The notes beneath the pieces are model-generated. The model searched no databases and had not been told where the DNA came from. It worked only from the letters and a program-made list of their open reading frames with translations. The position numbers and the translations under genes were made by a program. Positions 52,702-62,434 of a stretch of DNA of 64,000 nucleotides are shown here, piece after piece; the stretch's first letter is position 1, and every line of letters begins with the position of its first letter. This DNA comes from a virus: the IMG/VR virus record IMGVR_UViG_3300048587_000983. The stretch is one strand, 5' to 3'.

Positions 52702-54731
52702 TAAACCGCTCCCTGCCGCCGCGGAACCTTCTGCTCAGGCAAAGGGTCCATGCCTACGCCGCCACCACTGGGCGCTGGCGTGGGAGAGCCTGCACCACCT
52801 TGCATCGGCGCGGCTTCGCCCGAGCCCTCAGCGCGCAGCTGATTGAGACGGGTTTCGATACGCTGACCAACCTCGGGCATTTTTTGTTTCACCTCGGAGA
52901 GCGTAAGGGCGGCTTCACCGGGCGAAAGGCTCATCAACTGGCGAGCCCAGGAATCGACTTTCGAGTCGATTTGCTGACCAAGAGCCTTGTCTTCCTTGCC
53001 GCCGGCAGCCGCTCCACCTGCTGTGCCCGGCAGGCCTTGAGCCGTAGCAGCGCCGGGTGCGCCCCCTCCAGCTCCGCCTCCAGGGCCGGCAGGTCCGCCT
53101 GCAGAGGGGTCACCGCCGCCGGGTGCATTTGGATCAGTTGGCTGATCGAGGGGACCAGGAATCCCAAGCCTCTGAGCCCGCTCCTGTGCAGCCACCTGGG
53201 CCTTCTCGGAAAGCTCCTGAAGTGTCTGCTGATAATTAAACTGAATGAGCGAGGCCTCACCCTGCGAGCGTGCACCTGATTTGCTTTGTAGATCCATGAT
53301 GTAGTTCTGGACATGCTGCTCTTCGATAAGTTTTTTGGTTTCCGACTCGTAGTCGTAGCCGAGTTCTGTGAGAAGAGTTTGGTCGCTGATCTTCCGCTGA
53401 GCGTTAAGCCCGATGAGCTGCTGATTCCTTTGAATATCGTCAGCCATACGAAAGTCGGAGAACCGGATATCCTTTACGTCAGAGAGGTTGAGCCATGTGC
53501 GCAGCTTGTCTTTCAGCCAAAGAGTAAAATCAAGAAGCTGGCTTCTATTCTGGATAAAGTCGTTCTCGAGCGTCCGAAGCGAAACGCTCGACCCTGTCCA
53601 GTTGAGACCACCAAAGAGGAACTCCTGCGGAAGCCCGAGCCCACCGACAACTGTCTGCGTGATGTAGTTGATTTCAGGCGCGAGGAGGAGCGCTTTTCCG
53701 TCACCACCAAGTCGCCCAAAGCCAATCGGGATAGGGATAACACCTTTGAAGTTGGGATCGCGGCGGTGCTTTGTGATGACGTTTTCAACCTGCTGCCGCC
53801 AGCTGGCAAGGTCCGTATGAATGTAGGGGTCCTGCTGCGCGTTTGGAAGCGGGTAGATCATATCGAAGGGGACGATATGCTCCATCGCAATCGCTTCCTG
53901 CGCACGCCTGAGGGTATAGAGGTAATACATATCCTTCAGGACGTGGATGATTGCAGGCTTGCCCCAGCCCTGGTCCTGCTCAGCCAGTGTCGGAGCTTTC
54001 AGGTGTTTGATGTTATCTGAGTTGAAGCGAATCATCCGGCGGTTTTTAAGAGCTTCAAGGACGATGATGGGAATGTCCTCGATGATGTCCTTGTCGCCGC
54101 GAAGGATGGCATTACGAAGCTTTCCGGGCACCGAGTACATATAGATGTAGCGGCCCGTATATTCGTTGAACTTGATGTGGATATTTTCAGGGTTCCAGCG
54201 GACTATCCGGATCCCTTTTCTACTTCGATAAGGGACGTCTTTTACGGTCACCTGCCCCGTGTGGTTGCAGCGTGAACAGGTCCCCGAGAACTGATAGTCG
54301 GCCCCGCGAAACGTCCAGTCCCATTGGCGAATAGGCTGGCTGTTGCGACATTCCTTACAGACGAGAAACCGCGTGAAAGGGAAGTGGATACTGACGAACG
54401 CGTTGCCGTAAGTATGGTAGTCGAGGTTAATCTCCATGAGCTTGTCTTTGATGAAAAGCTCTTTGTTGAGAATCTTGTCCCAGACGTTACGGTTGCTCTC
54501 CTGGTCGTCCTCGATGATAAGGTCTGTGATCGGGTACCGCGAAACCTTCTTCATCGCAGCCCCGATGAGGGGGCTGTTGTAGTAGTAGTAGGTGCACCAG
54601 CGGAAAAGCTCCTTGATCGTCGGCGGCATGTACTGCTGCGCGAGGTCAAAGAACTGGTTTGGATACCGCTGGCCCCTCATGTCTCCGAGGGCAAGCGAGG
54701 GCTCGGCCAGGCGTTCCTGTGGGTTGGTCAT
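52701..54731 (-). CDS. portal protein (putative) with zinc-ribbon insertion and Gly/Pro-rich tail
   Basis: Y.NSPLIG, YHTYGNAF, GLPQEFLFGG, ISDQTLL.ELG; CKEC..CSRC insertion; structural module context. Confidence 0.75.
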   Translation of the reverse strand: MTNPQERLAEPSLALGDMRGQRYPNQFFDLAQQYMPPTIKELFRWCTYYYYNSPLIGAAMKKVSRYPITDLIIEDDQESNRNVWDKILNKELFIKDKLMEINLDYHTYGNAFVSIHFPFTRFLVCKECRNSQPIRQWDWTFRGADYQFSGTCSRCNHTGQVTVKDVPYRSRKGIRIVRWNPENIHIKFNEYTGRYIYMYSVPGKLRNAILRGDKDIIEDIPIIVLEALKNRRMIRFNSDNIKHLKAPTLAEQDQGWGKPAIIHVLKDMYYLYTLRRAQEAIAMEHIVPFDMIYPLPNAQQDPYIHTDLASWRQQVENVITKHRRDPNFKGVIPIPIGFGRLGGDGKALLLAPEINYITQTVVGGLGLPQEFLFGGLNWTGSSVSLRTLENDFIQNRSQLLDFTLWLKDKLRTWLNLSDVKDIRFSDFRMADDIQRNQQLIGLNAQRKISDQTLLTELGYDYESETKKLIEEQHVQNYIMDLQSKSGARSQGEASLIQFNYQQTLQELSEKAQVAAQERAQRLGIPGPLDQPTDPNAPGGGDPSAGGPAGPGGGAGGGAPGAATAQGLPGTAGGAAAGGKEDKALGQQIDSKVDSWARQLMSLSPGEAALTLSEVKQKMPEVGQRIETRLNQLRAEGSGEAAPMQGGAGSPTPAPSGGGVGMDPLPEQKVPRRQGAV

Positions 54732-55567
54732 TCGCGGTACTCCAAGGGATAGCGATAATCAAGGTCCACCAGAATATCAGTCAGAAACTGATAGGCGAGG
54801 TAGGGCACTTCGATTTCGCGTGAGAATTGAACCTCTTTTATTTCAAACTGTATCAGGGCCCCCTGGAGGACCGGAACCGAAAAGCGACCGTCCGGCCCTG
54901 TGAGAAAGCGGAGCTTGTGCCGCGTAATTTGCGGAACCTTTCCCTGAGCCTGTGGGTAGCGGATAAGCTGTATTGAGATCTCGGCGTCCGGGTACCGCAC
55001 ACCCTGAAGATCAGTCACGATACCTTCAAGGACACAGACGGCGCCGGTGTAGGCGACCGCCTGCCGATAGCTCGTCTTCAGGCTCTCATTGCCAAAGCTA
55101 TCGACCGTTACGATCGCATAGAAATCCTCGGGAACTCCGTCGGAATCGGCCCACTCGACCATTTCCTCAGGGTCCTCAAGCGCATCGACTTCGGCAACGA
55201 GAAGATCCTCTGATTTTTCCGTGATCGTGCGCGCTGTGAGCTGAAGATCGGCCAACGCGGTCCCGCCCGTGATCTGCACAGAGCCCGGCGCACTTCTGAT
55301 ATTCGAGCGCACGAAAAAATAAGCGCTGTCGGCGTTTGACGCGAAAGCCTTGCCGCCCGTGAGAACGGCATTTATCTGATCGACCGCGCTCGCCGTGCCG
55401 GAGAACGTTATGGTTTGCGTCGAGCCGCCGTTGAGTTTCAGGGAGAGGGTTTTGCCGACGAGAGCCGATGGCAGTGCCGCAAGCGCCCTGAAACCGATCA
55501 TGCTGCGGTAGACCTTGTAGCTGGCGACATCTGACCCGGGGAAAGGGGCCCACCGAAGGTTAATCAC
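54728..55567 (-). CDS. virion structural protein (FN3-like N-terminus, carboxypeptidase-regulatory-like C-terminus)
   Basis: LRW.P......SYKVYRS; LEGIVTDLQG..PDA...TGPDGRFS; SD GAGGAGG. Confidence 0.7.
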   Translation of the reverse strand: MINLRWAPFPGSDVASYKVYRSMIGFRALAALPSALVGKTLSLKLNGGSTQTITFSGTASAVDQINAVLTGGKAFASNADSAYFFVRSNIRSAPGSVQITGGTALADLQLTARTITEKSEDLLVAEVDALEDPEEMVEWADSDGVPEDFYAIVTVDSFGNESLKTSYRQAVAYTGAVCVLEGIVTDLQGVRYPDAEISIQLIRYPQAQGKVPQITRHKLRFLTGPDGRFSVPVLQGALIQFEIKEVQFSREIEVPYLAYQFLTDILVDLDYRYPLEYRE

Positions 55568-55727
55568 GGAATGTCCTCCTCAGGCGGCAAGGCCACGGTA
55601 AAACCCACTACAGGCGGGTTGATGTAGTAAACATCGAAATATCGAATCTGTGGCCCGATCTGCCCGAAGTCATGGCCGATCCCGGCACCATCCATAAACG
55701 TCACGACCGTGTTGGACGGAAGAATCT

Positions 55728-55985
55728 TCATACGAACTCCGTTGTGCCCTCGTCCTCGTTGAGATCGAAAATCGTTTTGTGGTTCTGGCGCACAACGCCG
55801 TTGGGCCAGCGAGCCTGCTGGATTCGGCTCAGCGATTCAAAAAACGCCCGCGCCCTCACACCCTCCAGAATGATCTCGCCGATCGTGGTCGTATCACCCT
55901 CGTCGCGGAAGGTGATGGTTAGGACGCCCGTGTTTTCGTCGGTCGAGTGCCTCGTTATAAATTTGGTGAGCGTCGTGAAGTCCAT
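55728..55985 (-). CDS. hypothetical protein
   Basis: 85-aa ORF immediately downstream of the fibre gene. Confidence 0.65.
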   Translation of the reverse strand: MDFTTLTKFITRHSTDENTGVLTITFRDEGDTTTIGEIILEGVRARAFFESLSRIQQARWPNGVVRQNHKTIFDLNEDEGTTEFV

Positions 55986-55986
55986 G

Positions 55987-58900
55987 TCACCCCACAGTTA
56001 TGAAAGCGGAGCGCCCGGAGATGTCGGTCGCGCCATCATTGATAAGCATCTCGATATAGTAGCTTCGATCCGCGGCGGGCGGGACGAACGGCATGCTGAA
56101 GGCGAAGACGCCGTCTGCATTCGGCGAGGCGAGGTTCGCCTCCCAAAGAAGAGCGCCTTCGGTGCTCTTGACCTTGATGCGTGCATTGCTCGCCGAAAGG
56201 AAGGGTGCTCCGTTCTTTTCAAGCCAGACTATGACTTCCTGCGTTTCATCGCTGGAGTTCAGCGTCGTGGACATCCTGCAGAAGGCGGTGTTGATCGTGA
56301 TTTCCTCAACATCCTCTTTCGTTGCAAGGTCTGAGATATCAGGCCCGAAGCTCTGAGGATCCTGCGTAATCGTCCGGCTCGGGTAGGTCCAGATTTCGGC
56401 TGCAGTAGCGCCCCCGCCCCCGCCACCGCACACGTTGTCGATCTCGCTTAGGATATTCGCCTCGACCGTCGAAAGCTGCGAGCCTGTTGCAGGGTCGCTT
56501 GTGATCTGATCGGTTTTGGCCTTCACAAGATTCACCGTCGCCTGGAGCGTATTGAGCTTGGCTTCGTTCTGATTGATCTCGGAGGTCAAAGCCGTTTGAG
56601 TGCTCGACAGCTGGGCCGTAGTGGCCAGAGGGGCGAGGTCCGCGGCCTGTACCGTGCCTCTTGTCGATACCGCGACGTCGAGCCTTGTAAGACGCACATC
56701 GCTGGCCAGGACCGGATTTGTCGGACGCGCGAGAACGCTCGTCTCCTTCGCCGGATCTGGCGGGAGGTTGTCTGTCTTGGACTTGATGCCGGTGGCCTTG
56801 AGGTCGAGGTTGGCGATGGCTATCGACTGAGCCGAGAAGCCGCCTGTCACAACGGAAGCGGAAACCGGATCGGACGGCAGGTTGGTCGTTTTCGCCTGGA
56901 TGGCGGATACGTCGGCCTGCATCGCATTGACGAGAATCTGCGTCTGATTGTCACCCGAGGTGATGAGTCCTGCCAGCGAGCTCACGGTGGACTCCTGAGC
57001 CACACCGGCGAGAGCGGAAGCGACCTGTGAAGCCGTTGCGCGGGTCGAGACCTGGGCATCGAGCATGTCGGCCACACGTTTGCCGAGAGAGCCGTTTACG
57101 GTCGCCTGCGAAGCCAGATGATCCCAGATGGCCTTGACCGAGGCCGCGGGCAAGCTGAAGCTCGTCAGCTCGCGCGTGCCGTAACTCCAGACGCTGGCGG
57201 CGTCGAGGATCGAGCGGCTCGAAATCGTTGCGTCGAGGTTGTTGAGCCGCGGGTCGTTGGTCTTCATGATAGGCGTAAAGTCGATCTTGTCGTAGATCGC
57301 CGTGTTGTTGCGGTTGTCAGGACCAACGATGTAGTCCCGCGTCAGGTCGAGACGGGTCTGAATCTCATTGATGTCAGGGCGCGTCAACACAGTGGCGTTG
57401 ACAGCCGAGACCGAGGCCAGCGTTGCCGGATCGTTCGGTATCAGATCGGTCCGGGCCTTGATGTTGATGAGAAGCAGCTCGTTGGCGTCAATTTCGCCGA
57501 TGATCTGGCTTTGGCCTGTTTTGATGGCTGCAAGCCCGTACACTCCGGAGTTCACGGCGAGGTTTGTGTTGGTGACGGTGCCTTGAACACTTGTCAGCTG
57601 GGCCTGAATCGAGTTGAGATCGCTCTCAAACTCTGTGATTTCAGTGACCGCCGGTACATAGCGCGTTGCCCCGTTCTCGATCACGGTCGCCTCAACGAGA
57701 GCCTGATATTCGTCCGTTCCCGAGGTTATGCTAAAATTATAGTAGTAAGCCCCCACTTTGACTCCGTCGGGCGTCATCGCAGCTCCCGCCACGATGTCGA
57801 TGCCTGTGTCGAGTCTACGTATCCTTATTGTGGGGGTGCTATCCGGGGCCTCAGCGTGCCCCGTCTCATCATAGAGCCGCAGGTGGAACTGGTAGGTTTT
57901 GGTTCCACTCGTCGGCTTCACCAGCCTCTCAGGAACAATAAACCGCACCGTTGTATTGTTTTGAATCGTCCCGATCTGGGCGGCGACGGCGTCGACCTTT
58001 GTTTCGACGACATTGATTTCGCCTATGATGCTCGACTCGGCGGCGGTCAGCTGCGTGGCCAGAGCCTCGATCAAAATCTGATTCTGATCAATCTCGCTTT
58101 TCAGCAGAGCTGTCTGCGAGCCGACGTAAGGTATGATGGCGTCGATCTTCGTCTCGTTCCCGTTGACCTCTGCTATGACAGCCAGTTCACTGTCGCCGAT
58201 CGCGCCGAAAATCTGCGACAGACCGTAGGTGGGGCTGTTGAGCTCGGCCAGGGTCGAGAGCGCGGATTGCCGGATGACCTGGACATAGTTGCCGAAGGTG
58301 TTCGGAAGGTTGTGTGGTGCGACAAGAGCGTCCCATACCGCAGCGGCGATTCCGGTTGGGGTCGAAGCTGTAAGGCTGCCGAGAGCCTCCCCCGTTGATC
58401 CAGGCGATGTGTGAGCAGAGAGCAGCTCATCCCATACTTCATCAACCACAGCGGCTCTGGATGCTGACGACAACGCGTAGTCCGTCTTATCCGAGACGAC
58501 CTGCGCATTCGCGTTGACATTGGAACCGGTGAAGGTCAGCTGATCGGTTTTGACTTTGATTGCGGTGACGTCGGCCGCTGTGGAGTCCGCGACGGCTTTA
58601 ACCGCAGCGATATCAGCAGAGACGGTCGAGACCGGCGTCCCAATCTTCGTTTGAATGTCATCCGTATCGGCCTGCACACCGGCAATATCGGAGGTCAAAT
58701 CGTTGAACCTTGTGAGCGCATCGGACTCAGCCTGCCGAGTGGAGACATCAACATCGAGCCGCTTGCCAAAGCTCCCTGCTGCTGTGTGACCAGCCTGGAG
58801 CTCATCCCAAACGGCATCGACCAGCTGGGCCTCGGCCGCCGGAGAGAGAACGACACCGCTCGTCCCCGTATCATCGAGAATCGCTGCAGTGTCCGCTTTC

Positions 58901-61212
58901 ACAGCGGCGACATCAGCACTGAGCGAGGCGCCGACAGGGGTCCCGATTTTTGAATTGATGGTATCGGCAGTGGATTTGACCGCCGCAATGTCGCCCGCCA
59001 GTGTCGTGACAGGGGTTCCGATTTTGGATTGAATGTCATCCGTGTCAGATTGGATGGAGGCCGTCTCAGCTTTCACAGCTGCGATATCACCAGCAAGCGT
59101 GGAGGCAGGTGAACCGATCTTCGATTGGATATCGTCCGTGTCTGACTGCACGCCTGCAATGTCACCGGCAAGAGTTGAAACCGGCGTCCCAATTTTGGAT
59201 TGAATGTCATTCGTATCTGTCTGGATCGACGCCGTCTCGGCTTTTACAGCTGCGATATCCGCGCTTACCGAGGCGCCGGCTGGCGTTCCAAGCTTTGTCT
59301 GTACCGCTGCAATGTCACCGGCCAGAGTTGTGACCGGCGAACCTATTTTTGACTGAATGTCATCGGTGTCAGCCTGTACGCCTGCGATATCGCCAGCGAG
59401 GGTCGATACGGGCGACCCGATCTTCGCCTGGATGTCATCCGTGTCTGCTTGAAGCGCGTTGTATTGAGAAAGCGCAGTCGCAGACGACTGCCTGGAGCTA
59501 ACCGTTGTATCGAGGTTCGGGAGGTTATCAAGATAACCCGCGCGAGTCGCCGTGAGACGGGAAAGGAGAGTATCGAGTTTCGTTTCAAACTCTTGAACTT
59601 CCGTTGTCCGGACTTGCTGGAATGGGACGGAGTTTTCCGCGTATTCCATGAAGACAACAAGCGGGCGCTCGGGGTCCGTTGAGTTCACAGTGTATGGGTA
59701 TTCATAAGCTCCGACAGCCGTCCTTGTCATAGGGGTTGTTGCCACAACCACTGAGCCGCCAGGGGTCTCGATTCGGATGTTGATCGTGTTGGAGTCCGGA
59801 TCCTCGGGGCTTCCGGCATCATCGTAAAGCCGCCCGAAGAATTTATAGACCTGACTTCCAGAGGTCGGAAGAATGAGAGGCGACTGGACAACCATTGCAA
59901 AGCGCGTGTTGTTTTGAATCGCATCGACCGAGGCCTGCGTGGCCCGGGAGCTGACTGTCGCATCGAGATTCGGCAGATTGTCGAGGTAGCCTGCGCGCGT
60001 AGCCGTGAGGCGGCTCGTAAGGGTTGAGGTATCCGACTTCACGGCTGCAATGTCGACGCTCACCGAGGCGCCCGCCGGGGTGCCTAGTTTTGTCTGGACA
60101 GCTGCGATATCGCCGGAAATCGTGGATACCGGCGAGCCGATTTTAGCCTGGATGTCATCCGTATCAGCCTGCACGGCAGCTATGTCGCCGGCTAGGGTCG
60201 TGACAGGCGTTCCTATTTTGGACTGGATGTCGTTGGTATCGGATTGGATTGATGCCGTTTCCGCTTTAACGGCTGCAATATCAGCACTAACTGAGGCGCC
60301 AGCCGGTGTACCGATCTTCGATTGAATGTCGTCAGTATCGGCCTGCACACCCGCGATGTCGCCAGCGAGAGTCGTGACAGGCGTACCGATCTTCGATTGA
60401 ATGTCGTTTGTATCGGATTGAATCGAGGCAGTCTCTGCTTTGACTGCAGCGATGTCCGCGCTTACCGAAGCCCCAGCGGGAGTGCCTATCTTCGATTGGA
60501 TATCGTCCGTATCGGCCTGAACGCCCGCGATGTCCGACGCCAGTGTGCCCACGGGCGCCCCGATTCTCGCCTGAATGTCGTTGGTGTCAGACTGCACGCC
60601 TGCGATATCACCGGCAAGAGTTGAAACCGGAGTTCCGATTTTTGCCTGGATATCGTTTGTATCTGCCTGGATCGAGGCCGTCTCGGCTTTTATAGCGGCG
60701 ATGTCCACACTCACCGAAGCCCCAGCGGGAGTGCCTATTTTGGATTGTATATCGTTGGTGTCGGCCTGTACGCCTGCGATATCACCGGCAAGAGTTGAAA
60801 CCGGAGTTCCGATTTTAGCCTGAATGTCGTTGGTGTCGGCCTGAACGCTCGCAATGTCACCGGCGATGGTCGAGACCGGCACCCCGAGTCTTGTCAGAAG
60901 AGTGGCCAGATCCTGATCGATGGAGCGGACCTCGATCTCTTCATCATCCCACTCATAGGCGCGGTCTGCTGTTGCAAACCCAACCGTGGTATAGATTTCG
61001 TAGGACACTGAATACTGACCTTCGACTGTCGGGTTCCACCCGCTCCCCGAATAGTGGCCGCTTCCCCTGTGGGTGAGGGTGAACGGCGAGCCCGACACCT
61101 CAGTGCCGGCGGAATTGAAAACCCTGGCACGAACACCTTTCGTGGTATTCCCGTCCCAGAGGGTTTTACAGAGGAGGACGTTGCTATTTACCTCAGCCGT
61201 TCTTCCTGCCAT
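55987..61212 (-). CDS. giant segmented coiled-coil fibre protein (1741 aa)
   Basis: Tandem DIAGVQADTDDIQSKIGTP repeats, AVWD/EVWD repeats, about four Ig-like globular domains. Confidence 0.85.
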   Translation of the reverse strand: MAGRTAEVNSNVLLCKTLWDGNTTKGVRARVFNSAGTEVSGSPFTLTHRGSGHYSGSGWNPTVEGQYSVSYEIYTTVGFATADRAYEWDDEEIEVRSIDQDLATLLTRLGVPVSTIAGDIASVQADTNDIQAKIGTPVSTLAGDIAGVQADTNDIQSKIGTPAGASVSVDIAAIKAETASIQADTNDIQAKIGTPVSTLAGDIAGVQSDTNDIQARIGAPVGTLASDIAGVQADTDDIQSKIGTPAGASVSADIAAVKAETASIQSDTNDIQSKIGTPVTTLAGDIAGVQADTDDIQSKIGTPAGASVSADIAAVKAETASIQSDTNDIQSKIGTPVTTLAGDIAAVQADTDDIQAKIGSPVSTISGDIAAVQTKLGTPAGASVSVDIAAVKSDTSTLTSRLTATRAGYLDNLPNLDATVSSRATQASVDAIQNNTRFAMVVQSPLILPTSGSQVYKFFGRLYDDAGSPEDPDSNTINIRIETPGGSVVVATTPMTRTAVGAYEYPYTVNSTDPERPLVVFMEYAENSVPFQQVRTTEVQEFETKLDTLLSRLTATRAGYLDNLPNLDTTVSSRQSSATALSQYNALQADTDDIQAKIGSPVSTLAGDIAGVQADTDDIQSKIGSPVTTLAGDIAAVQTKLGTPAGASVSADIAAVKAETASIQTDTNDIQSKIGTPVSTLAGDIAGVQSDTDDIQSKIGSPASTLAGDIAAVKAETASIQSDTDDIQSKIGTPVTTLAGDIAAVKSTADTINSKIGTPVGASLSADVAAVKADTAAILDDTGTSGVVLSPAAEAQLVDAVWDELQAGHTAAGSFGKRLDVDVSTRQAESDALTRFNDLTSDIAGVQADTDDIQTKIGTPVSTVSADIAAVKAVADSTAADVTAIKVKTDQLTFTGSNVNANAQVVSDKTDYALSSASRAAVVDEVWDELLSAHTSPGSTGEALGSLTASTPTGIAAAVWDALVAPHNLPNTFGNYVQVIRQSALSTLAELNSPTYGLSQIFGAIGDSELAVIAEVNGNETKIDAIIPYVGSQTALLKSEIDQNQILIEALATQLTAAESSIIGEINVVETKVDAVAAQIGTIQNNTTVRFIVPERLVKPTSGTKTYQFHLRLYDETGHAEAPDSTPTIRIRRLDTGIDIVAGAAMTPDGVKVGAYYYNFSITSGTDEYQALVEATVIENGATRYVPAVTEITEFESDLNSIQAQLTSVQGTVTNTNLAVNSGVYGLAAIKTGQSQIIGEIDANELLLINIKARTDLIPNDPATLASVSAVNATVLTRPDINEIQTRLDLTRDYIVGPDNRNNTAIYDKIDFTPIMKTNDPRLNNLDATISSRSILDAASVWSYGTRELTSFSLPAASVKAIWDHLASQATVNGSLGKRVADMLDAQVSTRATASQVASALAGVAQESTVSSLAGLITSGDNQTQILVNAMQADVSAIQAKTTNLPSDPVSASVVTGGFSAQSIAIANLDLKATGIKSKTDNLPPDPAKETSVLARPTNPVLASDVRLTRLDVAVSTRGTVQAADLAPLATTAQLSSTQTALTSEINQNEAKLNTLQATVNLVKAKTDQITSDPATGSQLSTVEANILSEIDNVCGGGGGGATAAEIWTYPSRTITQDPQSFGPDISDLATKEDVEEITINTAFCRMSTTLNSSDETQEVIVWLEKNGAPFLSASNARIKVKSTEGALLWEANLASPNADGVFAFSMPFVPPAADRSYYIEMLINDGATDISGRSAFITVG
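58880..60890 (-). repeat. two arrays of 18-32-aa coding repeats within the fibre gene (approximate limits)
   Basis: 11 + 7 units ending in [KR][IL]G[TSAV]P, separated by an Ig-like domain; synonymous codons differ between units. Confidence 0.85.
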
Positions 61213-61216
61213 TTTT

Positions 61217-61684
61217 TTACCTCAGCCTTATAAGCTCCATTAGAAGCATCGTACCGAATGTCCGGACGGTTTGAGTCAGTCCGCCTTCGAGCTTTAAAAT
61301 ACGCAGCTCGATATAATCGTTCGCATTCAGATCGAGAACAAACGTCCTGGATGCGTCGCCCCCCGGCTCGTTTGCGCTGGCCCGGGAGTTGCCGCCCGCG
61401 CGACTCCGCTCGATCACGCTCGTCCCGTTGAGATAGCAGTGGACTTCAAAGCCGTCATCGTTCGCCGTCGAGTCGAGGTTCACCCCGTAGCTCACGCGAA
61501 CAGTGCAGTCCCGCAGCGCTCTGAACTGGCTGGTCGTGGGCTTGTCAAGGAGCCCGTTTGGATAACTGCCTTGATCCGTCGCAAGAGCGACGATTGCCGT
61601 CGTACCCGCCCCACCAGCAATATTCTGGGCAGCCGCGTTCGAGTATTGAAGATATGCATCAGGTCTACCCTGCCTTGCGCTCAC
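61217..61684 (-). CDS. C1q/TNF-like jelly-roll domain protein, paralog 1
   Basis: YLQY...ATDQGS..DKPTTSQFR..VRVSYG..LDLNANDYIEL; GTGA overlap start. Confidence 0.65.
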   Translation of the reverse strand: MSARQGRPDAYLQYSNAAAQNIAGGAGTTAIVALATDQGSYPNGLLDKPTTSQFRALRDCTVRVSYGVNLDSTANDDGFEVHCYLNGTSVIERSRAGGNSRASANEPGGDASRTFVLDLNANDYIELRILKLEGGLTQTVRTFGTMLLMELIRLR

Positions 61685-62139
61685 GGTCGCCTCACAAATT
61701 CCATCAGGAAGCAAGATCCCTCTGCCAGGGCTGTAACGTCATCACCACCCTCCAATGACAGCAGGTTCAGCTCCAGATAGTCGTTCACCGCCATATCCAG
61801 ACGGATCGTTCTTTTCACACTGACGGGCTCCAGCGCTGTGTCACGAGCGCTTCGTCCTGAATTACCAAAGGTCAGGGCCGCGCCGTTTTTTAAAATCTGA
61901 ACTTCTGCGCCGCGGTTGTTCGCATCGCCTGTGAGCACGAGACCGTAGCTTACGCGCACACTGCAGGCAACCAGCGTCCGAAAGCGTGCCGTCGTTGGTT
62001 TGTCGAAGAGCCCGTCAGCGAAACTTCCTTCGTCCGTCGCAAAGTTTAGAATGACGTTGGAAGGCCCGGCGGCAGCGGTCTGCGGGGCAGCCATACGGTA
62101 CTGAAGCCAAGCTCGTTCCTGCGCCTGCCCTGCACCCAT
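61681..62139 (-). CDS. C1q/TNF-like jelly-roll domain protein, paralog 2
   Basis: WLQY...ATDEGS..DKPTTARFR..VRVSYG..LDMAVNDYLEL. Confidence 0.65.
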   Translation of the reverse strand: MGAGQAQERAWLQYRMAAPQTAAAGPSNVILNFATDEGSFADGLFDKPTTARFRTLVACSVRVSYGLVLTGDANNRGAEVQILKNGAALTFGNSGRSARDTALEPVSVKRTIRLDMAVNDYLELNLLSLEGGDDVTALAEGSCFLMEFVRRP

Positions 62140-62140
62140 C

Positions 62141-62434
62141 TTACACCACCGGTTTTACACGTTTGGCTATCTCATAAGACTTGTCAGTAAGAGAGCCGGC
62201 CCCCGTGTAGTTGTCTGCGAACCCCTTCAGGGCAGACTGGAGGGCTCGGAGAGCGTTTCTTTCCGTCGCAGCCTCACCGCCTCCCAGAATCTCTTCAATG
62301 TCGGCGTCGAGATACTGTGAAAGAACCTGATCAATACCCTTGATCTCCTGCACAAGATCGTGCGTTCTGAAACAGATCCTTTGCATAAGGTTAATGAGCT
62401 CGTCACGGGTCATCGGCGTTGCAAAAATAGCCAT
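62141..62434 (-). CDS. hypothetical virion-module protein
   Basis: 97-aa helical ORF, TAATG coupling. Confidence 0.7.
   Translation of the reverse strand: MAIFATPMTRDELINLMQRICFRTHDLVQEIKGIDQVLSQYLDADIEEILGGGEAATERNALRALQSALKGFADNYTGAGSLTDKSYEIAKRVKPVV

Noticed and set aside
57118-58398. 426-aa + strand ORF, and similar long antisense ORFs (33641-34891, 44252-45049, 62452-63051, 3351-4130, 1122-1904)
   Set aside because: Antisense shadows of well-supported genes in GC-rich DNA, with no recognisable motifs.
58880-60890. Possible CRISPR-like or mobile repeat array
   Set aside because: The repeats are in-frame, degenerate at synonymous positions and lack unique spacers; they are protein-coding repeats.
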